64,000 nucleotides of DNA from Ramazzottius varieornatus (Eukaryota > Animalia > Tardigrada): the NCBI GenBank assembly GCA_001949185.1, contig BDGG01000006.1:1718827-1782826 (forward strand), given 5' to 3'. The position numbers and the translations under genes were made by a program. This document shows positions 13,931 through 27,299 of the stretch, piece by piece (position 1 is the first letter of the stretch; every line of letters starts with the position of its first letter). A model generated the notes under the pieces. It worked only from the letters and a program-made list of their open reading frames with translations, had not been told where the DNA came from and searched no databases.

Positions 13931-15232
13931 TCTAGCTCCGAACAAAGACTGTATTAGCCGCATATCTGACGCTATACCCAGATACGATTTCGTTGTACCA
14001 GGCTTTGCGATCCGACTCTTCGTCGATGGCAAATTGAATTGATTGTTGTTGTTTTCGCTGGCCATTCGGTGTCAGAAAAGTTTGTCCCCAAATTGAGCCG
14101 TCGATACCCATTTACCTGTTAAGAACTGGCAGCCAAGTCGGATGCCGCAGCGTGTCAGCAGACCGTCGCATTTCCGCTCCTGACCCAGTAGTCATCCCAG
14201 GCGACTGCGCAGCACAGACAACTGGTGACGACCGGCGTCAACGCCGGCAGGAATGACGTGAAACTGGGCTGCAGCGTGAACGGCCCGCCACTCCAGCTAT
14301 CTGGCCACGCTTACTTGGTGATCGACCACCGAGCCGTTACAACAGCATCACCATTCCGTCGACTGACACCTCTAAAACAGCGGCGGTCACCGGCGACATG
14401 GTTCCCAAGAGATCTGCGAAGGCTGTTGAAAGCTACAGTGGACGAGACCACATCGACCTGGTCACCACGTCCGATGTTGTTTCAGTTTTTTATTTATTTA
14501 TGGTCTGGAGAAAATTTGATTTACTTTTCGAGACTGGATTGTTTTACTCTAGAGTAAAACTGTACCTAACTTTGGGAGTAAACCTAGATAAAACACTGAC
14601 GTGGTGGCCGTCAGCACAACAGGACACGGCCGTGGCGGGTGTCACCGTGGCGCATGCGGCGGTGGCAGATACAAAGGACATTGCGTTAGACGCTGGAAAC
14701 ATGGTGACGATAATCGCGGGAAGCAAGGAGTAATTAACGACCAAATCCATTGTATTTAAATGCACTAAGATTTCTGACGCTGTAGTTAACTTTGTGAATG
14801 CATGAACCGTCCGATCTTGAACTCGGTCAACAGCGGACCGTCTGTCCGATGACAGAATACCGGCACTATATGATCTTTTTGTTCGAGCTTATTCAAGTTT
14901 TTAACTTCGTTCACGCAAGGTCGATCCGATTGTCTTCCTTTAAGGACGAACGACCATAAGGCAATTTTCAGAAGCTTTTAAGTTCTATGTATAGCCGAGC
15001 GCCACTTTTCAGCACGTAGTGATATTTCTGAGACTGTTTTCATTGAATTCGGCCGTGGCTTTTTGATCTCCACAGCGCGACGCTCGAACAGCGAATGAGC
15101 TCCCCACTTATTTGATTTTGTCCGGCGGACTTGGCGGTGCCAACCTCTGGATATTTTCCCCAGTTTTGGTTGGAGGACAATCAACAATTGACCATGATTC
15201 GCCGCAGCGGAGATAGGGATTTTTGTTTTGAA

Positions 15233-18200
15233 ATGTTGGGAAGTATTCAACTGTTCGTCACATACTGCTCATTACTTCAATTACTTCAGTTATGTTCGGG
15301 TTTCTTTACTGTATCCGCCCAAATGAGGGATGTTCCCAGTGGCGTTACTGTCGTACCGCTTAACATTAACACCACTTTGGTATCGGTGCCCGGAAATTCC
15401 AGGAAGCTAGAGATTTGCTCGACGGGTGCATGCATATCTTTGGGTAAGTGTGCACAATAATTGCGTAGGGAATAATCATGACCAATAATTATGACCAACA
15501 ATTATGACCACCAAACTGGCAAACTGGAGTACCGCTAAACTGATCACACGTGGTAAATTTACAGCGAACCAGTTCTTATCGGCGGTAAACTTTTCCGTGG
15601 ATCCATGCGACGATTTTCAAGCCTTCTCCTGCGGCAACTATATTGCAAGGCATCCTGTCAGCGGGTCGGAACAAGCTTCTGTTACTGGGGATGTGGGTAT
15701 CGAAGCCATCAATAAAATCAAAGGTACAAACGCACTTTGGGATTCTTGTTTCATTTCACGACAATTATTCCATAGCGATGCTGCAACTTACACCATATGA
15801 CAACTACGTATACGACCAGATGGACGCGGAAGTCAAAGTGAAAAGAGCTTACCAGCAATGCGTCAGTAACCGTAAGTCGGGACGCAGAGACTTGACCATT
15901 CTAGTCCGGTTTCGTGCAAGAAGCTAGTGCAAAATAGTTTTTTGCTTCGAGGACTTTCCGAATCGTTCAACGCGGATGCATTACTGACGTACATGGGAGC
16001 GATTCTGCCCGGAGGATGGCCAATGATTACCCCTAACTGGGATCCTGCGCAGTTCGATCTCTTTTCCGTGGTTCTGAATGCGGCAGTATACGGCGTCCAG
16101 CCGTTCTTCGTTACGGAGGTTGTTGCGGATTTCACCAACCCAACCCAAAACCTTCTTATCTTCGCTCAGCCTTCGACTTTTGCATCAAAAGACACGTTGA
16201 ACAGTGAAGATGGGTCAGGGGTAACATCGTCTTACCTTCAAAAGGTTGTTGAGACCACGCAGCTAATTCCCAGCAACACCAGCGGACCTCGTCCGGCGTC
16301 CGCCATTCTAAACGACGCGATCGACATCGTCAACCTCGAAAAAAACATCGCGCTCGTAAGCCAGACTGCTACAGTAGATAGTTTTAACGTTTGCGAGCAA
16401 GAAAACGGATTTGATGGATCAGATCGCTTTCCCAAGTGGCGCACACTGCCAATAGCACTGATATGCGCCACTTCGGAAACAATCAAACTCAATGCTGTAG
16501 TGGCGCAAGCTTGCAGCCGTTAACACCAGGAACCTGCGCCACTTGGTGATGCAGTTCCCGGTTGGCATCTACAGTAAAACCAGACGTTTAAGGAAGGGTT
16601 TTGTAGGCAGGACTCAACTTTGGACAGCAGGAGGACATTTCACTTGCCACAAATAAGACCACGCTCGGATCATTTCAAGACGGGGCGCTGAAACGGTCTA
16701 GCTTGTTTCAACGATTCATTGAATTTCACAGAGCTTTGCTCGCCATCGCCAATGTGACTTTTCGAATCGACAGAAACACAGTAGTTGTTCCGCTTACGTT
16801 TGACGTCTTCGTTGGTCTGGACCAGATCGTCGCTTCCTTAGAAGCTATGGGCGACGAAGGCAAACGGCGGCTGGCGAATTACATTGGCTGGCAGCTGATC
16901 AACGCCAATGTCCCATACTTGTCGAGAGACGTCCAGGAACTTCACGAAAATCACCTACGGAGGATCAGAGTGCTGAAAGAAGACAGTCCGCCAGTTGCGA
17001 ACATAACCGAAAGCAAGTGTATCGGGACAATGCAAAGCATGCTACCCTTGGCTCTCGAAACTCTCTATGTCAGAAAGTATGTTCCTGCGGACCTTCAGCC
17101 AAAGGTATCTTGTTTCAGTCCACTACCTTTCCAAAGCCGTGGCCGTTTAGATCTCTGGACTAACTGGGAAGAGTTCTAGGTTGCCATGTTGATTACTGAC
17201 ACCAAGTTAGGTTTCGCTGATCTGTTGCGGGAAGCCACCTGGATGGAAAACGCAACCAAGATCCTTGCTCTACAAAAGCTCGACAACATGCTTAATTTCG
17301 TGGCTTTCTCCAATGAGGTTGTTAATAACAAAAGTGCGGTAAACACAGAATACAGCCAGGTAGAGTAGATGCACCAGTACTGTCACCTTCCATCGGTTTT
17401 GCGCTTGGTTCAGCCGCACACGTTCGCATCTTCGTAGGTCAAAATCGGCACAACGTTCTTTGATACAGTCCAAACCATTATGAGGTATTTGGTTATCAAA
17501 AACTTGAAGAGCCTGGATAGAGTCAACGTCAGACTGGATCCGTTCGCCAATCCTGTTGACATTACTCAAGCCAACGCCTACAACGATTTTGTCCAGAACA
17601 TCATATGTACAGTACTTGCTATACAGTACACTTCTATTGCAATCATCTGGTTAGGCGGTCCTTGATTTCTCATCCATGTGGCTATGTTTCCGTTTCTAGT
17701 TATCCTTGCGGGTATCCTGGCCCCTCCTTTTTATGACCCTCAAGTTCCTCAGTATGTGAACTACGGAGCTACCGGAGGCGTCATAGGTCATGAGGTCACC
17801 CACGGATTCGACACAACAGGTAGGCTCTCGAAAAGAACACTGGGATGGATCAGTTTTACTGTCACCTTACTGTCAATATTTGCGAACGAGGCTCTAAAAG
17901 CCGGCAGGACCGAAAATGGTGTTTCCTGTTGCTTTACAGTCCGGTCGCTCGAAATCCGTACCAAATTTTCGGATATCAGTTTTGGGCCCACTGTACATTC
18001 ATCATATTACATGGCAAGCTACTTTAAGTGCTAGAATTACCGGTACACAACACACGCATTGCACCGTGCTTTAACTGGTGTGATCAAGGAATCAAGCTGC
18101 AAATAACACACTGCGTGGGCATGGCACGAAGTGGGGTTGAATTTGAATGACTTTCGCGTTGTAGAAAATTTGGTACGGATTCGGGCGACCGGACTGTGGT

Positions 18201-18768
18201 GATGCAAGTGACGTCCATTTTTTGCAGGAGCTCTGTTTGACCAGAATCAAATTCTTCGCGTTTGGTGGGACAATGCAACGCTACAAGCTTTCAAGGAAAG
18301 AAGCAAAGGCGTCATCCAGCAGTTTAATGGTTTCTGTACACCGGGCATTGGTTGTGTGAACGGTGAGCTCACTGTTGATGAGAATATTGCTGACATCGGT
18401 GGACTCAAGGCTGCTTATCGGGTACAAAATAACAGGCTTCACCAACTCGAAGCACGCAATGTACAGTGAAGTGTCCTTTACAGGCATACTTTGAGTACTT
18501 CCTTGACCGTGTGTCAGGGGTTCCCGAGCCTCATCTGCCTGGCTTCGAGGACTTCACTCCCGAACAAATGTTTTTCCTGTCGTACGGTATCACATGGTGT
18601 GGAGTCTATGGACCAGATCGGGCTAGGTTCTTACTCCTGAACGACAACCACAGTCCAGACAAGTTTCGCATAAACGGTCCAGTGGCCGACTTACCCGAGT
18701 TCTCAAGGGCTTATAATTGCCCTGTGGGATCGAAGATGAACCCAGCCCAGAAATTTTCTGTTTGGTGA
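15233..18768 (+). CDS. Neprilysin-family (M13) zinc metallopeptidase, probably secreted (multi-exon)
   Basis: Hydrophobic N-terminus, [39 protein letters not shown] (HExxH), [18 protein letters not shown] and [11 protein letters not shown] end. Exons I checked join in frame. Confidence 0.93.
16433..16545. repeat. Palindrome family A, 2 units (neprilysin intron)
   Basis: Spacers of 20 and 27 nt. Confidence 0.85.
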
Positions 18769-18946
18769 TGTGCGTATCGTAACGTCTAGATTATTTCTTT
18801 CCTACGAGTATATATAAGACCTCGTATGCTTATCAAGGCGAGCGATCAAATGTACAGATTTTCGCGGATGGACACACCTTTTTGTGGGCCTAGCAACACA
18901 GATGATTTATTTGTTGGTGCGAAACGGTATCCAGTACTGGCCTGAT

Positions 18947-19087
18947 CACCGGCCTGGACAAAGTTTCCGGCCACTGGCCGAAAGCAGCGGCAGCCAGCAA
19001 AACTGCTCAATTAATCGAACCGTTGCCGCTGTCGGCCGGTGGCTGGAAATTTTGTCCAGGCCGGTGGCCGGAAATTTTGTTCAGGCC
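18947..19087. repeat. Small inverted-repeat element
   Basis: CACCGGCCTGGACAAAGTTTCCGGCCACTGGCCGA pairs with TCGGCCGGTGGCTGGAAATTTTGTCCAGGCCGGTG; the right arm is partly duplicated in tandem. Confidence 0.7.
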
Positions 19088-19472
19088 GATAATAAGGCTA
19101 GGCGCGTGAAGTCAAGTGAGTCCACCGTTGAAATCGATAAAACCCTGGTGATAAAAGGCGGCTGTGTCTCATGAACCGTTCCCCCGTAGAGTAACGTGGG
19201 CGCCCACACCGATAAACTAAGATACGAGCTGTCCTAAACAGGATCCTACTGACGCTAAAGAGTGGTGCCTGATTCCAGGGCCGTAAAATACGTTGTTAAA
19301 TTTATTGGTCATTTTCAACAAAACGAGGTCTTACACGGAAGAGCACTCTTTGTAAAGGAAGGTGTGTTTCATAACGCTCCCTAAAATTAAACCAGTGTAT
19401 GAAATATGTTACACAATTCGTGGAAAAACGAGTGGTGGGTTTGTCTTTTTGACCTACTAGTCACCGAGAACA

Positions 19473-19598
19473 TACTGTAATGCTTCTTGAATCTCACGCA
19501 CTTACGTCAAACCCTTTGTGCACTATATGAGTCACTACACCCGTAAAAGTGGCGCGCATGGTGACGTCAGTGCGTGAGATTCAAGAAGCATTACAGTA
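19473..19598. mobile_element. TA-flanked MITE (Tc1/mariner-type ends)
   Basis: Perfect 30-bp inverted repeat TACTGTAATGCTTCTTGAATCTCACGCACT. Related ends occur at 37566/38745 and, degenerate, at about 10863-10981. Confidence 0.85.
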
Positions 19599-20164
19599 CG
19601 TCAGATGGAACGAACGCACTGCTGTCGTGATAAATCATGGCCATTTTTCTCGTCAAAACATTCGTCTTACGGAGAGGTACGTACGTAAACCGCTCAGGCG
19701 CCCAATGCTGAGAGGTTTGGGCGCAGGCCGAGATCGATATTTCCGCAAAATAAAATCTATCGTAAGTGGCAAAATGGCGTATGACATCTGAACTAGTTAT
19801 CTGATCGGCCAGATTTGGACAGGAGATGGAGATGAGACTCCCAGCCATATGCATCCAATCCGGCACTTTCTGTCATTAAGCACTGGCACCAAACGGGCTC
19901 CAACTTTGAAAAGGGTCCACAGAGGGGCAATTGCTGGCTGGACCGGATGCATGGGGCTGGGAATCTCATGCACCGTCTCCTGTCCTTGACTACAGGAGAT
20001 CACCAGTGTCAAGTTAATCCGGTTCGGAGCAATAAGGCAAGTTATGCGATACTGATCAACAGACAGACCAAAACAGAGACAAAGCTGCAGTGTAGTGATG
20101 GATATTCGGAGATAGCTCGATGAAGCAGGAAATAATGCAGAGATAGATGTACGACCTGGTGGAC

Positions 20165-20539
20165 TTAAAACTCGCTTGGGGACACAATTTTCACTCGAAG
20201 ACGCGTAAACAGGTGTTTGATTTCCGCGCGACGACGGACAGCACGGATTCTTGAACAACCTTCTCGTGCAACCTCGGCATGTGTGCTTGTGACTACAAGG
20301 AGCGAAAACCACGCATGGTCTTCGCCTCAAATAAACCACACAATCCTGAGAACAAATCTTTTAAGTGAGGGCGGCCGACCTGTTGACACTTCTCCTTGAA
20401 CTTATCATACTCACCATTAGCAGGCTCCAGAACATCTTCCATCATTTCGACCAATTGGTCCACTTTACCTTTGGCTTCGCTGCCTAAGACGTCATCCAGG
20501 TCAGTGGACGCTGCGGGCGCCGCCGACACACTACCCATC
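20165..20539 (-). pseudogene. Frameshifted RING-finger (C3HC4_3-like) gene remnant
   Basis: DCVVYLRRRPCVVFAPCSHKHTCRGCTRRL...CCPS continues in a shifted frame as RAEIKHLF. This matches the CxxC..PCGH..CxxC..CPxCR pattern with a Cys-to-Tyr change and frameshifts; the upstream helical segment is in another frame. Confidence 0.5.
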
Positions 20540-20886
20540 TTGCTGGTTCTCTTCGCTTCATTTCCACTGGCGCCTTTCCGAAAGAAGACCCGTTCTGTGT
20601 ACCTCGTTTCACGCTAACACACGTCTCTGAAAGATCCAACCAAAGTAATAAGTTTCACTCCTTGACTACGTCATAGCAAAACCAAGTTAACAGAGAGTGT
20701 GCGGTAAAATGTCAGGTTACTTCCATAGGTCAAGCAAACGTAGAAAAAAGCCAAAGATGCCGCTCTACAGCATGACAAGCTGTCACGTGACGTTAGAGGA
20801 CGTCTGTGTTTACCATACGCAAACCACCAAACATCTCGTTCAACCATGTGAAAATCGCTAGTGTGATGCATTCAAGGAGAGAGAAG

Positions 20887-21512
20887 TAGTGCTGGCAACG
20901 ATACGGTATACCGATATCGTATCGAAATATACCGAATCTTTGCGATAAAATATGTGGCAGATATCATATCGAAGAAATCGATATGTGACTCATATCGAAT
21001 AACACCATCAGCAAAATCGATATGCCGCGATACGATTTCGATATATCGTTATTTTGCTGAAGGGCAAACTCGGCAATTATATCACATTTACTAAAGACTA
21101 CAGTTGATTTCAAAGCCTTGATCCCTGCCACGGTATGCCGAGCAGGCGAGCACGCTCCGCCCATTCGGTTTTGGTACTAATTGTATCCAGGTTTCCATGT
21201 ATTTGAAGTCCTGGACTCTTGGTACTACCACATCTTTGCTGTATCCGACGCTTTCGATCTTACTAATACTTGATGTGGAAATCGGCTTCTTGGGTTCTTG
21301 GCCTTGAACCCAGTGGAATTCTGAAAAAACTCTAATTGAAAAAATATCGATATATCGCTGCGATATGATACAGTATATCGAAAATACGGTATGGGGAAAA
21401 TATTATATCGAAATATCGATACCGAACGAATATCGAATACCGCGATAAAATACCTGCGGATCTTTTATCGGAAAATATCGTATCGAATTTTATTGTATTT
21501 TTGCCAGCACTA
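20887..21512. mobile_element. hAT-type non-autonomous element with ATATCG/CGATAT subterminal repeats
   Basis: TIR TAGTGCTGGCAA / TTGCCAGCACTA, perfect 8-bp TSD GAGAGAAG, dense short subterminal repeats at both ends. Confidence 0.9.
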
Positions 21513-21646
21513 GAGAGAAGTGTTAGTGTAAAGCAACAACAACCGCGTTACCGCGGCCACTTTTCAACAAACCCAGCAAGATTGCTTCACCAAGTGACGC
21601 ACGCTTTCAGTCATCGACACCTAAAATGTGCACCCACCAGAGAAAG

Positions 21647-22367
21647 CAGTGTTGCTCCAATGACTTTTTCGATTTTAATTGCAATCACAATTAATCGGAA
21701 TTCAGCTCGCATCAGCAGTTGAGATTATTTCAATTGTTGCGGTTCATTTCTGAGATCTCATTATTCCCGAAATATCGTGTTCTAAAGCAACTTAAGCCCA
21801 CGTTTCCATAAGCTTGGAATGGATGTTGGATGTTTAGCTGAGAACATGTTGTACTCAAGGCACTAAAAACGGATACGCTGATGGAAGCAGGTATTGTAAT
21901 GCTTCCTGAAGCCTTGCGCGTACGTCGTCATACACGCAAAACATACCTTAGGGTGTCGATAGTTGGAAAATATCGGGACAAGGGTTGAACTTCGCGCGTA
22001 CATCGATGCACCGCGCGTGATTCGCAAAACACAACTGTAAGCCTCGTACTTTCTCCGTCGTGCGACGTGCACATACGCATACATGTTCGCCCAATCACGC
22101 GCCACAGACACCCAGAAACTCCGATACTTGGGACACCCACGTGCGTTGTACCGCGCTGTAGAGCGCAAATTAAATAATTTGAATAGTCACATTGCTTATT
22201 TTAATTACCTATTTTTTATTTTTTCCGTTTTCGGAATTCTAATACAATTCCAGTTAATATTGGAATTACCCAGCTCAGGATTCCCAAATTCAATTGTCAT
22301 ATTGGAATTAACAACGGTCGTTTTCGGCCATTTTTAATTATCAATTGTAATGATCGGAGCAACACTG
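21647..22367. mobile_element. hAT-type non-autonomous element
   Basis: TIR CAGTGTTGCTCC / GGAGCAACACTG with a perfect 8-bp TSD AGAGAAAG. Confidence 0.9.
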
Positions 22368-22435
22368 AGAGAAAGCAATCTAGTCGAGTTCATTTGATTG
22401 AACTGATACAATGTACACTCCATTGCAAGCTTACA

Positions 22436-22963
22436 AAGGGGATTATGCCTGTCCCGACGCGCCGATAGTCAAACCGACCCGGCCAAACTATAGAAGAGAG
22501 TGTCTTCCACAATCCGAGCTAGGTAGCTAAATTCCCCGACGATCCTGGAATGAACTATAGGATTCGGAAATGATAGTCCGTTGACCGCTCCAGTATGCCG
22601 TGATGACGTAAAGCTCTTTGATTGTGAGTGTTAATTGTAGACAGTACAAACAAGCCGCTCAGCTGATCAGCAGGATGACCGAACAGCGTCCCTACACTAG
22701 CTAAAGATGCCCCACAGCAAACCATCCAGTCCGAATCTGACGCAACAGCTGATCGACTGAGTTGCAATCTGTTCAATCAAACTCCCAATCAAAGAGCTTA
22801 CGTCACTGTTGCAGTTTAGGTTCGTCACTTCCGAGTCCTGTAGTGTGTTCCAGGATCGTCGGGGGGATTTAGCTACCTAGCTCAGATTATAGAAGACATT
22901 CTCTTCTATAGTTTGGCCGGGTCGGTTTGAGTATCGGGACGTCGGGACAGACATAATCCCCTT
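22436..22963. mobile_element. Foldback element / MITE with ~135-bp terminal inverted repeats
   Basis: 22436-22573 is the near reverse complement of 22826-22963 (AAGGGGATTATG...CATAATCCCCTT). No clear TSD. Confidence 0.85.
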
Positions 22964-23489
22964 GTTAGATATCACTGGCCAGCTCGAGGAGAGAAAGGCG
23001 AACAAAAGTTCGAAAAGACAGCTGCCATTGCGACAGAAGATACATTTTGAATTCGTAAGAGAACCAAGGCAGATCACATAAATATTAACAGCAGCAAGAA
23101 GAGGAAGAAAAGGTTCCACACAATACTTAGACCAGATCAAAGATTTGAAAAGCATGTCGGATGCTGGCTATACAAAAAGTACCTCACCAAAAGCATCAGC
23201 ATCCACACACACCATAATACCGTCCAACGAAAATCATACATTGGCATAACAGTGGACCCACCGCAAAGCTCGATTTCGCAACAATGAGAGAGAAAATGTT
23301 TCTTTTTTTCTCGGAATTTAGTCATCATAAACAATGGTACAAAACCCGGAAAGAGAAAGAGAATAGAGTGTGTATCCCAATCGAGCTAAGCAGCAGGTCC
23401 CTCTGGCAAAAAACGAGAATGAACATTACAAAAAGGGGGCGAACGCTAAAGGCTTCCCCATCACAAGGCAGCGTGAAAGGCCTCTTGGA

Positions 23490-26400
23490 TCAGTGCTTGG
23501 CTTCCGTTTCTCCAAAGAAGTACTTTCCTTGAGTGACGGTTATGGGCCGCGAGGTGTTGGTCCGTGCTGACTGAGCGACGTACGAATTAGAAGGTCCTGC
23601 TACCGCTCGTCCGGACTGACGAGCGGACTCTGTCATTCTTGCGGGAACGACAGGTGGCGCTGGCTTGGATGGAAGGGGAGGAAAGGCGCCTGGAGTCTGC
23701 AGCTTCCATGCTGCAACAAGAAGAGCAACTTAGAACCTTAACTATCGACATGCACATGAGTGACAGGGTCAACCACTGAAAAGTCCATAAAAAAATTTTG
23801 GTTGGGAAACTAACAGCATTTGTTATTTCTAGTGGCGCACGTTTTCATGACTAGCGGCTGAGCGCGTGCGCCACATGGAGGGCGGTCTTGTAGAGTTCCC
23901 AATGGCGCATGTTCCCAGTGTCAATAGCCCAGAAATGCGCTACTTGAAAACGTGATCTCGCTAAGTTCTCAAGTGGCGCACGCTTTCATTGTTAACGGTT
24001 TGGAAAAAGTGCGCCACTTGACATGACGCTCTTCTACGTTTGGTTTGCCGTCTTCCGAAATATCATGGCAAGGTGCGGCGAATATAGGCGTACTTGAACG
24101 TTGTTTTCGTGGTTCTGTCGGGTTATTTTACGGCTGGAAACATTTTCATTCGCAACTTTGATCCGATACATACTTTATGGGTGTTTATTGCCACGTTAGC
24201 TCAACGTCCAGTGTCATAAAGCGTCGTATCAAAACAGCAAGCAACAAGGCGTACAAGGTATGGAAGGTACTTACGTCCGGTATGTTCCGCTTTGGGTGAG
24301 TCAAGCTCCCGTTTCACACGCAGGCCATCGACGACATTGCTGTCAGGCATGTCGCAGTCTTTCCTCTGCGCTCCCATCGTCCCACCATTCACCACTGAGC
24401 CCTACAACACGATCTCATAACCAACGAAGCCCGAACAGAAAAAGGAAGCTTGATGAGTAAACGCATTCAGAAACAGCAAAAGCGTCACATGAATTCACCA
24501 GGATCGCTTTCCTAAATGGCGCCCAGTCTTATTGCTGTTAGACGATAGCGCGCGGCACTTGGGAAAACAATCGTGTTGGTCTTTCAAGTGGCGCGCGTTC
24601 TCATCTAACAGCCACAAAAGGTTGCGCCACTTCAGACGACGATCTGCGTGAAATCATTTATCGGCGTTTCAATAGTGGAGGGAACTTACGGAGTTGGCTT
24701 TGGTGTTCCAGTCAAAGACATAGTCGTAGGTAAAGCCGTTCTTGTGGAAAAGCGCCCGGAACATTTGTCGTAGGTACAAATAGTCCGGCTTGGCGTCGAA
24801 CTCTACGCCACGGCAGTGCTCGATGTACTTGCAAAACTCATCTGCAAGACATATCGAAAGTATTCATTTAAGAAATTGCAAGTCAAATGACAAGATAAAG
24901 GAACCGACTGGAAACAGAATAAACGGAAAAGGTTGAAGAGTTGGGAGGAAAGAAGGGGAGACTTACTTGGGCAGTCTTGGCAGAGTTCGGCGACGGAAGT
25001 GCCGACTTTCTTCTCACTAATCTTGTCGTACTTTTGCCGTTTGGTGTTGGCTTTCAGGCCTTGCCACGGCAGCGAGCCACGTTGAAAGTACATGAGCACA
25101 TAGCCCAGTGCCTCCAAGTCATCGCGGCGACTTTGTTCTGCATGGAGAAAGTTCTCGCTATTACAAATGTACATCATGCAATGTATACACTCAACAATGC
25201 GAACCTTGTTAAAGGTTCTCAACCCCGGCCGACACTCAGCGCGGTAATTTATGTGTGAGTATGGTGTATGGATGAGAAGTCATGAGACGACTTACCGATG
25301 CCTCGGTGAGTGTTGATCGATGCATAGCGCGCCGTGCCGGTCAGGTTCTTGTTTTCCTTATACTGAATGTGCAGGTGAGTCTTTGGATCACGATACTTTT
25401 TGGCCAGCCCGAAATCAATTATGTAAACCAGATTGCCTTTTTTCCCCAGGCCCTAAAAAGGTGACAAGTTTCGAGCACAATCAGATAATTACATCGTAAA
25501 TACAGCCTCAAGGAACCCATTGGCAAACAGAAATTCCCATCAACGAAAATTTTCGACCGTTTTCCACGATTTTTTCGTGAAAACAAAATGGGGAAAATCG
25601 CAGGAAAAAAAATAAAGAAATCAGCTTTTTAGCAAAAATTCCGAAAAGACTTTTCATGAATTTGAAGAGAGGAAGCACGTACCATCAGAAAGTTGTCGGG
25701 TTTGATATCACGGTGAATCAAGTTCTTGCTGTGGACATACTCGATCCTTGAGATCTGTAAACAAGAAGCGCACTCTCAACTTTGCTTTGGGAACATTCTC
25801 CTGACGCCACAAATTCCGGTCGGAACACGACACGACTTCTTCCACCCACTTTGGCGCTTAGTCACAACCCACACCTTTCGCCTAACAAGCAAGTTATTAC
25901 CAGTTGGTCGGCCAAGAGTAGGACTGTCTTGAGCGAGAACTTGCGTCCACAAAAGTTGAAGAGATCTTCCAGGCTGGGTCCCAGCAGCTCCATCACCAAA
26001 ACGTGATAGTCGCCTTCCGCTCCACACCATTTTACTTGCGGAATACCCACTGCAAAAAGAGAAACCACCCCAGTGTACGTAGTAGATATTTCCAGCAATG
26101 AGACATGGGCAAATGGCTTGACCCAGATTGAATTCCCAAGTGACGCACACTTTCAGCTAGCAACACTGGCAAAGTGCGGCACTTGAGACAGCCATCTGGA
26201 TCAGTTCCTTTGGCCCCGTTTCAAATGTATTTTTCTTACCTCCGCCCTGCATTATTCGATAGAATTTGCTCTCGATATGCAACTGTGGATGCTTCGTCCG
26301 ATGATATTCCAGTTTGATGGCCACCTCTTCTCCCGTCGACACATTCGTTCCTGGCGAAAAAAGAACTATTCAGGGACTATCCTAGCCTATCTTGTAAATT

Positions 26401-26516
26401 TTGTGGGACAAAAAGTGAATTTTACCCAAGTAAATATCGCCAAATGAACCACCGCCAATCTTTCTTCCCAGCCGATATTTTCCTCCCACTCTCAGCTCCA
26501 TCGATGCCACGTCCAT
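23490..26516 (-). CDS. CSNK1D/E: Casein kinase 1 delta/epsilon (doubletime-like), multi-exon
   Basis: [97 protein letters not shown]. The last two exons (about 24274-24401 and 23490-23710) are inferred from splice phase only. Confidence 0.93.
23829..24020. repeat. Palindrome family A, 3 units (CK1 intron)
   Basis: Spacers of 27, 26 and 29 nt. Confidence 0.85.
24513..24633. repeat. Palindrome family A, 2 units (CK1 intron)
   Basis: Both spacers 27 nt. Confidence 0.85.
26137..26185. repeat. Palindrome family A, 1 unit (CK1 intron)
   Basis: CAAGTGACGCA-N27-TGCGGCACTTG. Confidence 0.85.
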
Positions 26517-27299
26517 GTTGACACGAACAGCTTCGATCCTTTGAGAGATCTTTTGAACTAGGACTTGATAGTAGGAAGGCTTCTTCTTCCGGGCAGGCTT
26601 CTTCTCCACTGCGACTCCGATTACAGTCTCAATCAACAATCAAGCGAAGTTTTCAGCCTATAACAAACGGTTGATTGGGCAATATGAATATAACTTCCCT
26701 TAAAATCGCCTTCTCGTTTACCCACTTACTGAACTCTTTCCAGATGTTAAGACGTGACTGTAGAAAGTTCCAGCGTTGATTAGTGCCTAAGAATACAATG
26801 GGATATCCCAGAGCTTGCCGCGGCAGAGGTAGCCAGGCTCCGTCATCGTTTCCCCTTAGAGATACTTCCCGTTATCCCTGAAATATTCCTTCCCTATAAG
26901 CAGTCGAGCGTCTTGGGAAAGATGTTCAATGAGTCAGTTGGTTCATAGAGAGAAAACACAACAAAAATAACTCCTTTTTTGTCTTGATCGACTTTTGGCA
27001 TGGAAGTTGCAATGAATGCAACACACGGCTGCCAGACAACAAGCAGACACGGCAGTTTAACTGCAGGGGTGTCAGCGCCATCCTGTCATTCTTTGTCCGC
27101 CGGTCCGCGCTGGCTGCCCCGACGTTAACACAGGGGTCCACGGTACCAACGAAATGAACAGGGGGACCTGCCTCGGCCTGCTGCCCACTTGAGACCCTCC
27201 TCGTCTTTGTGGTCTGCAAAATGACACAACGAGCTCTTGTTCACTCTCTTCGGCATCAATTTCCTCATACAAACGATATCAACGGACTTGACGTACGTT

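Noticed and set aside
14600-14735. RGG plus zinc-knuckle (gag-like) remnant GRGGCHRGACGGGRYKGHCVRRWKHG
   Set aside because: The CCHC spacing is not preserved and there are no other retroelement features nearby.
16422-16523. Neprilysin exon continuing through the palindrome
   Set aside because: Splicing at 16422 hits a stop after 10 codons; the acceptor at 16606 gives the in-frame homologous exon.
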